DNA of 63,657 bases, counting the filler. It is 3 parts of 3 records of this genome, joined end to end, with 100 filler letters (N's around TTAATTAATTAA, not from the genome) between each part and the next. Parts side by side here need not be neighbours in the genome. Positions count along the whole stretch, not along the records: positions 1 to 26,585 come from SRR31156797_481; 2 more parts are not named here. One strand, 5' to 3'. This document shows, piece after piece, positions 9,701-19,553 of the stretch (positions within the stretch are counted from its first letter, which is position 1; every line of letters starts with the position of its first letter). The notes under the pieces were generated by a model, which was not told the origin of the DNA, searched no databases, and saw only the letters and a list, made by a program, of their open reading frames with translations. A program made the position numbers and the translations under genes.

Positions 9701-9916
9701 CGTCTTTTTCCTTTCGTTTAAATTAAAGACGGGAAGCGACAAAACCTGTAAGAGCAAAGGGCAAGCTCCCCGAAAGCAAAAAAATGAGAGCGAAGCCATT
9801 TTTTTGATTGAGTCGTCAGAAAACCGTTAGGTTTGGGATAAGCGCTCCGCCCTGCTCGTCAGGTTAGTCTGACCGTCCCTTTATCCAATAACGAAAGACA
9901 AAGATTGAAAACGCAC
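9685..9916. promoter_or_regulatory. Long imperfect inverted repeat with an internal hairpin; candidate single-stranded-DNA (Frpo-like) promoter
   Basis: Arm ~9685-9762 pairs imperfectly with ~9849-9916 (GTGCGTT, CTTTCGTT, AACCTG, GAGCA and GGGC blocks). Inner hairpin CAAAAAAATG...CATTTTTTTG. Confidence 0.55.
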
Positions 9917-10040
9917 TGACTTAAATGGCAAATTCAAACCGAACACATTGAGAGAATAGTTTCATGAACAACACAGGAAAAAGGTCGGATTTGGCTTGTG
10001 TGGTGAGCCATCCGACCTTTTGTGTGATGAATCAATACTG

Positions 10041-10247
10041 TTAATTATTCTGACGGATTAGAAGCGTGATATCCCAATCGTAAAACGACAAAGCCTGATT
10101 AAATCCATTGTCATCAGCATGCGGCCACATTGCCCCAACCTTTTCAAAAACAGCCTCACCATCCTTATCCTTGACCAGATACACACTGTGTGAGGGAGGC
10201 GTATTTTTCGCAAGAGGTGCGGTTCCGATTTTTACATTTACGTTCAT
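10041..10247 (-). CDS. Small hypothetical protein (VGAMWPH motif), paralog of 9488-9700
   Basis: PSHSVYLVK...VGAMWPHADDNG; AAAGGAA upstream; downstream hairpin at ~9980-10021. Confidence 0.75.
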   Translation of the reverse strand: MNVNVKIGTAPLAKNTPPSHSVYLVKDKDGEAVFEKVGAMWPHADDNGFNQALSFYDWDITLLIRQNN

Positions 10248-10310
10248 AAGAAATTCCTTTCATAGGTGGTTATTGAATCACCATCAAACACCATAAAAAG
10301 GCATAAAAAA

Positions 10311-10350
10311 ACGCACTGAACAGTAAAAATTCAGTGCGTAGTATTTTTGG
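10311..10350. other. Candidate oriT (hairpin next to a nic-like sequence)
   Basis: Perfect 10-bp inverted repeat ACGCACTGAA-9nt-TTCAGTGCGT followed by AGTATTT, about 70 bp upstream of the MOBF relaxase. Confidence 0.5.
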
Positions 10351-10408
10351 AATCCGGGAGTCATTTTCATACTTTAGAACGGTTTCAACAAATATTCGGA
10401 GGTTATCA

Positions 10409-13132
10409 ATGATACGAATGATACAAAGTGCTAATAGCGGACATGCTAAAAGTTATTTCAACGAGGCTTTGTCCAAAGGTGACTATTATTTGGATGGCCA
10501 GGAACTTGGCGGTAAGTTTCATGGAAAACTTGCGGATAGACTGAACCTATCCGGTGCCATTGAAAAAGATGATTTTTACCGCTTGTGTGAAAATATCAAT
10601 CCCAATACTGGTGAGAGCTTAACGCCACGAACAAAAGTCAACCGCACTATTGGCTATGATATTAACTTTCATTGTCCTAAGTCAGTATCCATCCTCAACG
10701 CTTTGGGTGATGACAAACGGGTACTGAATGTATTTCGGGATTCGGTTAATGAAACCATGCTAGAGATAGAAAAAGATATCAGAACCCGAGTGCGCATTGA
10801 TGGCAAAATGGATGAACGCAATACTGGCGAATTAATCTGGGGTGAGTTTGTACATCAAACGGCACGTCCGGTTGATGGTTCGCCCCCTGACCCGCATCTT
10901 CATACGCACTGCTATGTGTTAAATGCGACATGGGATGATACGGAACAAAAATACAAAGCCGGACAGTTTCGGGATATCAAACGAGATATGCCCTATTATC
11001 AGGCATGTTTTCAAAAAAGGCTCTCGGATAAACTCAATAAAATCGGTTACGAAACCCGTATGAATGAAAAGGCTTTCGAGGTCACCGTAATACCAGAGAA
11101 AGCCGTACAAATATTTTCAAAACGCACTGATGCCATTGGCCAATTTGCCAAAGAAAACGATATCACATCACGCAGACAGCTTGACCAATTGGGCGCACGC
11201 ACCCGAGCCAAAAAAGAAAAAGGTTATACAATGCAAGAACTGCGTGAGCATTGGAAAGACCAGGTAAGCCATATCGGAAAAAGTAGTGCCTCTTCAAATG
11301 GTAAAGGCGGTGCACTGGATAAAACGCTTAGTGCCCAGCAGTGCGTAAGTCATGCCGTAAAGCACTGCTTTGAGCGCAAATCGGTTGTTGAGCCACGCAC
11401 TGTTTTAAGAACAGCCATCGCCTTTGGCATGAAGAACCCAGAATTAACACAAAAAGAAATAATAAATGCATTTAATGCAGAAAACAGCATTGTAAAGGTT
11501 GAAGAACATAACCGCCAGCGGTGCACTACTTTAGAAGTATTCAAGGAAGAAAGAACCATGGTTAATCTGGCGCGTCAATCCAAAGGGCGATACGTCCCTA
11601 TTAATGCCAAAGTAAAGAACAAAGACTTTGAAAACCTAAATCCACAGCAAATCAATGCAGTGCGTCAAGTACTTGAAAGCACGGATGGTGTCACCATTAT
11701 AAGAGGCGGTGCCGGAACGGGTAAGACCACGATGATGAAACAAGCCGTTAAGGCCATTGAGGAGAAAAAACTCAAAGTCTATAGCTTTGCCCCCTCTTCC
11801 GAAAGTGCCCGTGATGTTTTGCGTGGTGAAGGCTTTGATAATGCTGATACGGTTGCCAAACTCTTACTGGATAAAAATTTACAGGAACAAACCAAAGGTC
11901 AAGTGATTTGGGTGGATGAAGCCGGATTGCTATCAACCAAAGACATGGGAAGCGTACTCAAAGTCGCCAATGAAAACAATGCACGATTGGTGCTGTCGGG
12001 CGATACAAGGCAACATGCGTCAGTGCGTAGAGGCGATGCTCTTCGAATTTTAAGAACCGTTGGCGATGTTAAAGTTGCAGGCGTTGATCATATCTATCGT
12101 CAACGCGTGGAACAGTATAAATTAGCGGTTCAGGATATCAGTGAGGGTATGATTGAAAAAGGCTTTAAAAAACTTGATGATATTAATTCTATCGTCGAAA
12201 AGCCCTCTTTAGAAATTAATACAGAGCTTGTACAAGATTTTCTGGATTGTCATGATGCTGGGAAAACATCGCTTATTATCACGCCTACCCGTGAACATAG
12301 TGAAGCGGTAAACTTAAAAATTCGCGAACAGCTTAAAGAGCGTGGCGTACTTCAAGCCAAAGAGCGTAGCTTCACACAATTTAAAAACAAGAACCTGACC
12401 GATGCGCAAAAGATGGATACCAAAAACTATAGGATAGGTGAAGTTGTTCAGTTCCATCAGCATGTCAAAGGCATAAAAAAATCTTCCAAGCTAAGCATTA
12501 AGGAAGTCACACACGATGAAGTTATTTTACAGCGCAGCAAAGATGATACGGTTACACTTCCAATATCAAAGCCTGAATTTTACGATGTGTATTCGGTACA
12601 TGAGCTGAACCTCACGCAAGGGGATAGTTTAAAAATAACACAAAACGGGTTTGACAATCACAAAAATCGTCTGGATAACGGCAAGCTTTTAACGGTAAAG
12701 GGCTTTGACCGCTATGGGAATATCAAGGCTGTATCATCAGGTAATCAAAAGGGAAAAGAACTCCTTGTTGACAAGAACTTTGGTAACCTTAGTTACGGCT
12801 ATGTGATGACCTCGCATGCCTCACAGGGAAAAACAGTGGATAAGGTATTTATTGTACAGCCCTCGGCCACCTTCCCTGCATCCAATGCCAAGCAGTTTTA
12901 TGTATCGGTTTCACGGGGACGTGAAGAAGTAAAAATCTACACAGATTCCAAAGAGGAACTGCTTGACACTATCAACGTTAATGGCGACCGGCTGTCAGCA
13001 ACGGAACTGCGCACAAAACATACGCAAGAATTTGAGCATCATATAAATGTTGAACGCACAAGAGAGCAGTTCAACGAACAAAAACAAGATTTTAAAAACA
13101 CGAATAACCATGGGTGGGAACCAGAACTTTAA
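10409..13132 (+). CDS. MOBF (TrwC/TraI-type) conjugative relaxase-helicase
   Basis: N-terminal YF...GDYY, HUH motif PDPHLHTH, helicase GGAGTGKT, VDEAG and SHASQGKTVD; GGAGG upstream of ATG 10409. Confidence 0.93.
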   Translation: MIRMIQSANSGHAKSYFNEALSKGDYYLDGQELGGKFHGKLADRLNLSGAIEKDDFYRLCENINPNTGESLTPRTKVNRTIGYDINFHCPKSVSILNALGDDKRVLNVFRDSVNETMLEIEKDIRTRVRIDGKMDERNTGELIWGEFVHQTARPVDGSPPDPHLHTHCYVLNATWDDTEQKYKAGQFRDIKRDMPYYQACFQKRLSDKLNKIGYETRMNEKAFEVTVIPEKAVQIFSKRTDAIGQFAKENDITSRRQLDQLGARTRAKKEKGYTMQELREHWKDQVSHIGKSSASSNGKGGALDKTLSAQQCVSHAVKHCFERKSVVEPRTVLRTAIAFGMKNPELTQKEIINAFNAENSIVKVEEHNRQRCTTLEVFKEERTMVNLARQSKGRYVPINAKVKNKDFENLNPQQINAVRQVLESTDGVTIIRGGAGTGKTTMMKQAVKAIEEKKLKVYSFAPSSESARDVLRGEGFDNADTVAKLLLDKNLQEQTKGQVIWVDEAGLLSTKDMGSVLKVANENNARLVLSGDTRQHASVRRGDALRILRTVGDVKVAGVDHIYRQRVEQYKLAVQDISEGMIEKGFKKLDDINSIVEKPSLEINTELVQDFLDCHDAGKTSLIITPTREHSEAVNLKIREQLKERGVLQAKERSFTQFKNKNLTDAQKMDTKNYRIGEVVQFHQHVKGIKKSSKLSIKEVTHDEVILQRSKDDTVTLPISKPEFYDVYSVHELNLTQGDSLKITQNGFDNHKNRLDNGKLLTVKGFDRYGNIKAVSSGNQKGKELLVDKNFGNLSYGYVMTSHASQGKTVDKVFIVQPSATFPASNAKQFYVSVSRGREEVKIYTDSKEELLDTINVNGDRLSATELRTKHTQEFEHHINVERTREQFNEQKQDFKNTNNHGWEPEL

Positions 13133-13493
13133 AACACAAATTCAAGAACAACTCGACAAACGTAAAAAGGAGGAAGAGATTTATTCAAGCGGAAAAATCA
13201 ATGGGAAGAAAATATACCCCTTTGTGCGATGCATCTGGTCTGATGGCCATGAGCATGCGTTTTCCTATGCGCATTTGAATACCGTAAAGTATTCGATGGA
13301 AGAAGCAAAGAATGTGATTGAGGCACAGTTCTCAAAACATGAAGTCACCATTAAAGGCTATAAACTTTATACCTTTTATCTGGGCATGCTTAATCATACC
13401 GTCAGTGAACTACGGCAAGTTGATGAACGCTATGCCTCCTTAAATGTGGCTGACGAACCCATGGTAACCGATATTGCGGTGAAAGAGTTTTAA
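13110..13493 (+). CDS. Hypothetical protein overlapping the relaxase stop
   Basis: ATG at 13110; HAFSYAHL and VTIKGYKL motifs; position typical of a relaxase accessory gene. Confidence 0.7.
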   Translation: MGGNQNFKTQIQEQLDKRKKEEEIYSSGKINGKKIYPFVRCIWSDGHEHAFSYAHLNTVKYSMEEAKNVIEAQFSKHEVTIKGYKLYTFYLGMLNHTVSELRQVDERYASLNVADEPMVTDIAVKEF

Positions 13494-13627
13494 AGTTTAG
13501 GTTGTTCATTTTGCTTCTTACTATAGTACACCCTCGCTTGAGTTGATTATTCCTACCCTTGTGGTAATTTGCTTAAATTAGTATTTAAGCTCCTATATCA
13601 CCTTGGTTTTATCTTTTATTTCATATG

Positions 13628-14731
13628 CTATTTCCACAAGTATTGCTCGTATATTATTTTAGACTTACAGAGAAACTCTAAACTAATTACAGAGCTATAG
13701 TTACTAGGCGATGGCACATAACCAGTTTCTATCGCCTTAATAAGTACTTCATTATCCTCAAGATAATTAGAAAACTTTTCTAACTCATCCTCATTCCTGA
13801 ATGTTAAAAACGGTGCCGAGCTACCACGAGAGAAAAAGTCATATCCTCTACCAAACAAAAACTTAAGGAATATTCCATTCCAACTGCTTAAGTCATAATA
13901 ATAAAACCAGTTATCTTCTCCCCCTATATTGACACATTCAATATCAGGATGAGCCAATAGAGTCCTCATTTCATCACAATAAATATAATCCAATTCAAAT
14001 AATATATTGGATAAATACTTGAAATACGCTTTCCCGTAGTACCCATTATTATTTGGATAAAACTCACAATATGGTTCTTTCATTCTTTCTGGAGATGAAA
14101 CCTCTATTCTAAATTCAGGAAAATCCTTGTGATAGGCATAATCTGAATTTCCAAAATCTTCTACCCATTGCTCTGGTTGAGACATCAATAACTTAAGTCT
14201 TTCAGAAGGAGTTAAATCTAACCCAAATCGTTGACGCCACATTTTTTCAACGTGGTATAAATCCGCAGAAGCATTAATAGCCGTATTTGTGTCTCCAATT
14301 CTTGTGTATATGTGGTTCGCTCTTATACACTTACTTTTGTCTCTATATTCAGAAGTTAGGTAATAAGGTTTAAGAGGATTATCTTTTATTATTATAACAT
14401 CGACTTCCTTAGAATTTATCTCAAGATTTACTAACTCTACTTCAGGCCTTATATCAGCAGCAAAAGCCTTACTTCTCACAAAATCAATTAAATCCGCTTG
14501 ATTTTTTCTATTATCCTGTCCGTTAGCCAATCCTACAATTTCGCAATTATTAGAGGGGTCAGAAACACCAATTATTATATACTTATCCCCCTTATACAGT
14601 GAGTTGGAGAAACATATAATATCATGCAATAGTGCAGCTTTATTACTGTGAGGTTCTTGTTTAAAATCCCAATATTCACCTTCCCTAACAGACTGGATTA
14701 GGTTGATAACTTCATCTTTTAATTGCCTCAT
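13628..14731 (-). CDS. AlbA_2 (Schlafen-like) domain protein
   Basis: EGEYWDFK...LHDIICFSNS...YIIIGVSD...IYTRIGDTN. Confidence 0.8.
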   Translation of the reverse strand: MRQLKDEVINLIQSVREGEYWDFKQEPHSNKAALLHDIICFSNSLYKGDKYIIIGVSDPSNNCEIVGLANGQDNRKNQADLIDFVRSKAFAADIRPEVELVNLEINSKEVDVIIIKDNPLKPYYLTSEYRDKSKCIRANHIYTRIGDTNTAINASADLYHVEKMWRQRFGLDLTPSERLKLLMSQPEQWVEDFGNSDYAYHKDFPEFRIEVSSPERMKEPYCEFYPNNNGYYGKAYFKYLSNILFELDYIYCDEMRTLLAHPDIECVNIGGEDNWFYYYDLSSWNGIFLKFLFGRGYDFFSRGSSAPFLTFRNEDELEKFSNYLEDNEVLIKAIETGYVPSPSNYSSVISLEFLCKSKIIYEQYLWK

Positions 14732-14803
14732 GATTTTCTCCGTTTTTGGATTATGGAGTTGTTGTTTCAGTTATCCACAAAAAAAGTACTTACTGGATAA
14801 TTA

Positions 14804-17800
14804 TTAACTGTTAATACCAAAGTCTTCATTCCAAATAAGTTTCTTAATTTTTTCTTCTTCGAGCCAAGCTATCCCTTTTTGACACAATATACTTGCATCT
14901 TTGTTGTCTCCTCCAGGCCATGCATTTCTTTCCGTTAAATACATCCAAGCACAAGTCAAATTGTTTTCTTCTAGATATTTCATGAATATTTCTTTTTCAA
15001 TATAAGCGCCTGAACTATAATCTGTAGAAGTTGCATTATAAAATACTGACTGGCCAACGCCATTTTTAAAAGTAAATAATTTTCCATTATTCCTCTTAAG
15101 TCCTAAAGCTTTTAATAACCATAAAGATGGGATGTACCCCTTTAATCCTTCGGGCATAGTTTTATCAAGGTGACTTTCCCAATGATAGTTAACTAATGGC
15201 ATAGCAACCTTTATATCAACATCTTCTTCATGAAATCTATTCGACCACATCTCTTCTTCCCAAAAACTTTTCCATTCAGTTTCTAAAATAAAACCTTCAT
15301 CTGTTAACTCTAGAGGTCTCCAATTATGAATATCCATTTTTTTAGATTGTTCCATAGCTCCTATTAGCTTTACTAAGTCCGGCTTCTTTAAAACTATACA
15401 CGAATAAAAATGGAATTGTTGTCGCCGCAAACCATGTAATTTATACTCCCCGCCTTTAGCATATCTCTCCGTATCACTTACATGCTCATATAGTGGAACA
15501 AATTCTCTTCCGTCTTCTTGCACACGAAATATTTGTTCTTCTATTTCATCTGCTGGACATTTTAGAAAAGACCACTGTTTTACTTCTTCTTCTGTACAGT
15601 TCTCAAACTCAACAGAAGGCCATATAAGTTTTTTAGTAATCGAATTTTCTGTTTCCTCATTTACTAAATCAGGGAACAGAACAGTCGGGTCAATATCTCT
15701 TTCAAAGCCAATGTCATGAACTGAATTATAAATCTTACCTTTTGAGTCAGAATAACCTTCGTGTAACCAATAGTTATCTGCCAATCTACATTGTAATTCA
15801 CTCAAAGCTAACCACTGGTATTTTTTTCCAATTCTCTCAACTTTAGCTCTCTCCCTAGAAACATAACCTGAATAATCATCATTCGAAAATAGTTGACTAC
15901 TCCAACCATACTCAATAGATCTCTTAACTATCCAGAATTCAAATTGTTCCAAATGGAATTTAGGTATATCGTCTGTTTTATGGCTTTCGAAATACGTTAT
16001 TGCAATGGCATTGTAACCATCAATGTCTTCCTTAGATAACTTCTCCTTTAGGTCACTCTCCAGTAAGCTTATTTTATTTGTGATAGTGCTTTCATCAACG
16101 TCACCTGCTTCGAACTTGTCTTTCAATTCGAATCTTCTAAGAAAAGCATTGATAGATATACTATGTTTAAGCTTTTCAACTTGAGAAATTAAGTTTGCGA
16201 TTTCGATGCCATACCTTTTTGTAATCTCCTCTAGAAAATCCTCATATAAATCTTTCTTTGTCTTAGGAATGCCATCAGACAATAGGCACATTGAGAAATT
16301 CCTTGTGTGCGGGTCAATTTCATATCGTCCAAAATCATCCCAAGTACATGATTGATAAATTCTATCTGCACCCACATTATTTACGAGCCGTTCAATGCTG
16401 TCTTTATCAAGATTTAATTTAGGTATTTCTGAATTGTACGGAGGGGTTATGTTCTTAATATCTATGTTTTCGATTGCGATATTCAAGCATGCGTATTCAA
16501 TGATAAGTTTAGCATAATCTCGTAGCTTCAGATTAAGAGGAGGCTTCTCATTTTTAAAAATATGTTCATATGTAATAAGAGCATATTTTTTCTTTAAATC
16601 AACATTATTAAAGTTGTTGATTGCACCATAGGCCGCTGCATATATGCGTTCTAATATATATAGGTCATCAATATTGCTAAATTTTTGAGCAATATAAGAA
16701 AACACTTCTGGCTCAATTAACATTAATTGTACTAAAGCCTTAGTCGCCCTATCTCTTAATTCTCTATGAGATGAGGAGAAAAACCATGCTAATAACTCAG
16801 CTGTGTAATAATTTGTCTTACAATTCTCAATTCTTTTTGCTCCATCAAAAACCCAGCTTATAATCTTATAAATTGGGAGATAGTCATAATCTTCATCACC
16901 GTTACGATTAATGTAATTTGTCCAGAGAGCATCCCTTTGCGCCATTGGCATCTCAAATAAACGAGAGGAAAGAAAATTTGTAACATTAAATGGATGCCCT
17001 TCAGAAATTCCTACTTCAATTATCAGGGCTAACACATCCAAACCATTATTCTCAAAAATATCTAATAATTCATTCGTTCTTTGAGTATAACAATCAAGCT
17101 TTCTCCACTTAATACTTTCTACAAAACCATCTCTAAGACTTGCTATAATTCTAGAAGATACGTTATCCGGCAAACAATCGTAATACTCAATACCAAACTC
17201 TTCCGGTATAATTATTGACAAAGCTGTATGTAACCCTCTCCATTTTCTAGTTTTTTCTAGATTACATAAGAAACTAGCGATACCTCCATCTTTGAATGCA
17301 TCTTGTGGATTACCTACTCCACCACAAATTTTTATTGCCAAAAGATGGTCTTTAAGACGTTCAAAAGAAAAATCAATGCTCTCTTCTGGTGGATTTAATG
17401 GGTCAATATCCTTTTCCCTAGAAGGAAAATTAAGAAGAATCCCATTTTTAATGAGGATTTCTAACCAACTATCGTTATTCGGGGCACTAATCCCCTGAAA
17501 ACATTCGCTCAATATTTGTGTGACTTTTGTTTTTGGGAGTAATGATTTTTGAGTTTTTAGTATTTCATGAGAAATTACATTAAGTACCTTAATCAAAGGA
17601 GAATATAAAGAATTGTCAGGTAAGATATTCTTTGATGTAGCTTCAAGAAAAAAACTAAAAAGTGAACTTATTCCCCTTAGGCCTTTTGGAAATTCTCTCT
17701 TTCCACTTTTATGTAATGAAGTTGTAGCACTTCTTAAAAATAATGGATTAGTAAATTCTGGTATAAGCCAAGGAACAGAAGGCCGTATAATATTACGTCT

Positions 17801-19276
17801 ATCTAAATATATCCTAGCAGCTTCTTCTTGCTCTTCTGGTGTGACAAAACCATAAATTTGATATTGTGTTAATTTATCATATAAACTTTTTTCCAATATT
17901 AAATCGTCATATTCTTTTCTAAATGATACTATGCAAGCAATATGCGGATATCGTTGTATCTGATAAAATAACTTTGGTAGTTGAGTATACCAAAAAGTTG
18001 AGCCAACTCCTTCGTTTAATGCGTCAATAATAATTAGTGAACGTGCATTTGCTGTTTCGCCTGCACAGTCATACAACGAGAAGAAATCATCCGCAGGCAT
18101 AGAAGCCCCTGATAATTGTACAATTTGCTCTAATACATCACCTGAATAGAAGTCACAGCCATTAAAGAATAGTACGGGGTTTCCTTGTACAATTGCTTGT
18201 TCTGCAAAATGAGCTAACGTATGTGATTTGCCACTTCCTGCTATTCCTGTTATACAAAGAAATCTATTACTATCAAGAGTGTTATTTCGGTTATACAGGT
18301 AACTAATTAGAGCGTCTATGTTATCTTTTAGGTCATATATTTTTTTATTAAACTCCTCAAGTTCTGAGGGAAAGTCACTGCTTTCCGCGTAGCTGTCACT
18401 TTTGTTCCATAACCACTGCCTAACTTCTCTTGATTTCTCCTGTGCTCTTTCACAACACTCTCTTAAATCGTGAATTGGTAAAAAGGAAGACAAAGGTACA
18501 TCAATGGAGATTTGAAATAGGTTTGATAGTTCATGTTCAAGACCCGTTACAAGTTTTTCCAACTGTGGATAAGTTTCTAATTTTAACCCCTCTATCTGGG
18601 GAATTTTAAATAATGTAGGTAATCTTAACTCATTAATTTTTTTAATTACCGTTTTATCCCTCAAAAGTTTAGGGAAAACTTCTTGTATGCTAACTTTAAC
18701 ATGGTCTTCTGGGTGATAACGTTCACCCAATCTTTTTATAGCAGTATCAAGTCTTTGAGCAAGTTTTGCATGAGTAAATTCCTCATTCCCAAACCAGAAT
18801 TTAGTTAATCCTAAAGATGATGGGAGGATTAATTTATTTAGAATATCCGTTTCTGTCCAAGGGATAAATTCAATATTAATACCCCTATTACTAGCATCTG
18901 AAAGCCACTTCTTTTTATGTTCTTCCCATTGTTGCCAACCTGTTTTTCCTTTAATTCCTCGTTTATCAGTTAGATTGCATGCAAATGCAATAACATACGT
19001 TGTAAGTTCAGGGTGAGTACTTAATGCTTTTTCAACAGATTTGTCAATTTGAGCCCAATCAACACTGCCTGATTTTAAAAAATATTTAGCTTGGTATCCT
19101 GTCTTTGAGCCATTTGGGTGTAACCAATACGCCTCAACTCCGCCATCACCACCCGCGCCTTCAACACGTCTATACTCTCCATCTAAGTTTTCTCGTTTTG
19201 CTAATTGGCAAATAAGTTCTTCAAATGCATCCCATTGTCCAGCACCAAATTGTCGTATATCTTTAAAATCAACCAT
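14804..19276 (-). CDS. STAND NTPase with an N-terminal PD-(D/E)XK nuclease; AVAST/Avs-like (Avs2-like) antiviral protein
   Basis: FEELICQL...DGGVEAYW...GYQAKYF; Walker A GIAGSGKS; IIIDALNE; NPLFL; LRDRATKAL; ERIGKKYQW; 1490 aa. Confidence 0.8.
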   Translation of the reverse strand: MVDFKDIRQFGAGQWDAFEELICQLAKRENLDGEYRRVEGAGGDGGVEAYWLHPNGSKTGYQAKYFLKSGSVDWAQIDKSVEKALSTHPELTTYVIAFACNLTDKRGIKGKTGWQQWEEHKKKWLSDASNRGINIEFIPWTETDILNKLILPSSLGLTKFWFGNEEFTHAKLAQRLDTAIKRLGERYHPEDHVKVSIQEVFPKLLRDKTVIKKINELRLPTLFKIPQIEGLKLETYPQLEKLVTGLEHELSNLFQISIDVPLSSFLPIHDLRECCERAQEKSREVRQWLWNKSDSYAESSDFPSELEEFNKKIYDLKDNIDALISYLYNRNNTLDSNRFLCITGIAGSGKSHTLAHFAEQAIVQGNPVLFFNGCDFYSGDVLEQIVQLSGASMPADDFFSLYDCAGETANARSLIIIDALNEGVGSTFWYTQLPKLFYQIQRYPHIACIVSFRKEYDDLILEKSLYDKLTQYQIYGFVTPEEQEEAARIYLDRRNIIRPSVPWLIPEFTNPLFLRSATTSLHKSGKREFPKGLRGISSLFSFFLEATSKNILPDNSLYSPLIKVLNVISHEILKTQKSLLPKTKVTQILSECFQGISAPNNDSWLEILIKNGILLNFPSREKDIDPLNPPEESIDFSFERLKDHLLAIKICGGVGNPQDAFKDGGIASFLCNLEKTRKWRGLHTALSIIIPEEFGIEYYDCLPDNVSSRIIASLRDGFVESIKWRKLDCYTQRTNELLDIFENNGLDVLALIIEVGISEGHPFNVTNFLSSRLFEMPMAQRDALWTNYINRNGDEDYDYLPIYKIISWVFDGAKRIENCKTNYYTAELLAWFFSSSHRELRDRATKALVQLMLIEPEVFSYIAQKFSNIDDLYILERIYAAAYGAINNFNNVDLKKKYALITYEHIFKNEKPPLNLKLRDYAKLIIEYACLNIAIENIDIKNITPPYNSEIPKLNLDKDSIERLVNNVGADRIYQSCTWDDFGRYEIDPHTRNFSMCLLSDGIPKTKKDLYEDFLEEITKRYGIEIANLISQVEKLKHSISINAFLRRFELKDKFEAGDVDESTITNKISLLESDLKEKLSKEDIDGYNAIAITYFESHKTDDIPKFHLEQFEFWIVKRSIEYGWSSQLFSNDDYSGYVSRERAKVERIGKKYQWLALSELQCRLADNYWLHEGYSDSKGKIYNSVHDIGFERDIDPTVLFPDLVNEETENSITKKLIWPSVEFENCTEEEVKQWSFLKCPADEIEEQIFRVQEDGREFVPLYEHVSDTERYAKGGEYKLHGLRRQQFHFYSCIVLKKPDLVKLIGAMEQSKKMDIHNWRPLELTDEGFILETEWKSFWEEEMWSNRFHEEDVDIKVAMPLVNYHWESHLDKTMPEGLKGYIPSLWLLKALGLKRNNGKLFTFKNGVGQSVFYNATSTDYSSGAYIEKEIFMKYLEENNLTCAWMYLTERNAWPGGDNKDASILCQKGIAWLEEEKIKKLIWNEDFGINS

Positions 19277-19553
19277 TGTAATTCCAATATAAAATCATAC
19301 TTAAAAGTACCAACTACAAGCTGTATTGTAAAAACATTATTACAAAAGATTTCAACACTGGCTGTTTATAAGTCCCGTTACAGTCCAAAGAATACCCATA
19401 CATAAGATGGCTACTGGACAATGCATCTGGAACTGTATGAAGACATGGATAATCGCTATGTAAAAACAGTTGAGTAGTCCGATGAAGAGTTATTACATGT
19501 GTTAGCAGATGATGAGACTATCAGTACTGGAATTGAGGTACAACGGTTTTAAA

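Noticed and set aside
14771-14779. Perfect DnaA box TTATCCACA
   Set aside because: Single copy inside island cargo, forming one arm of a small inverted repeat; no box cluster or origin context.
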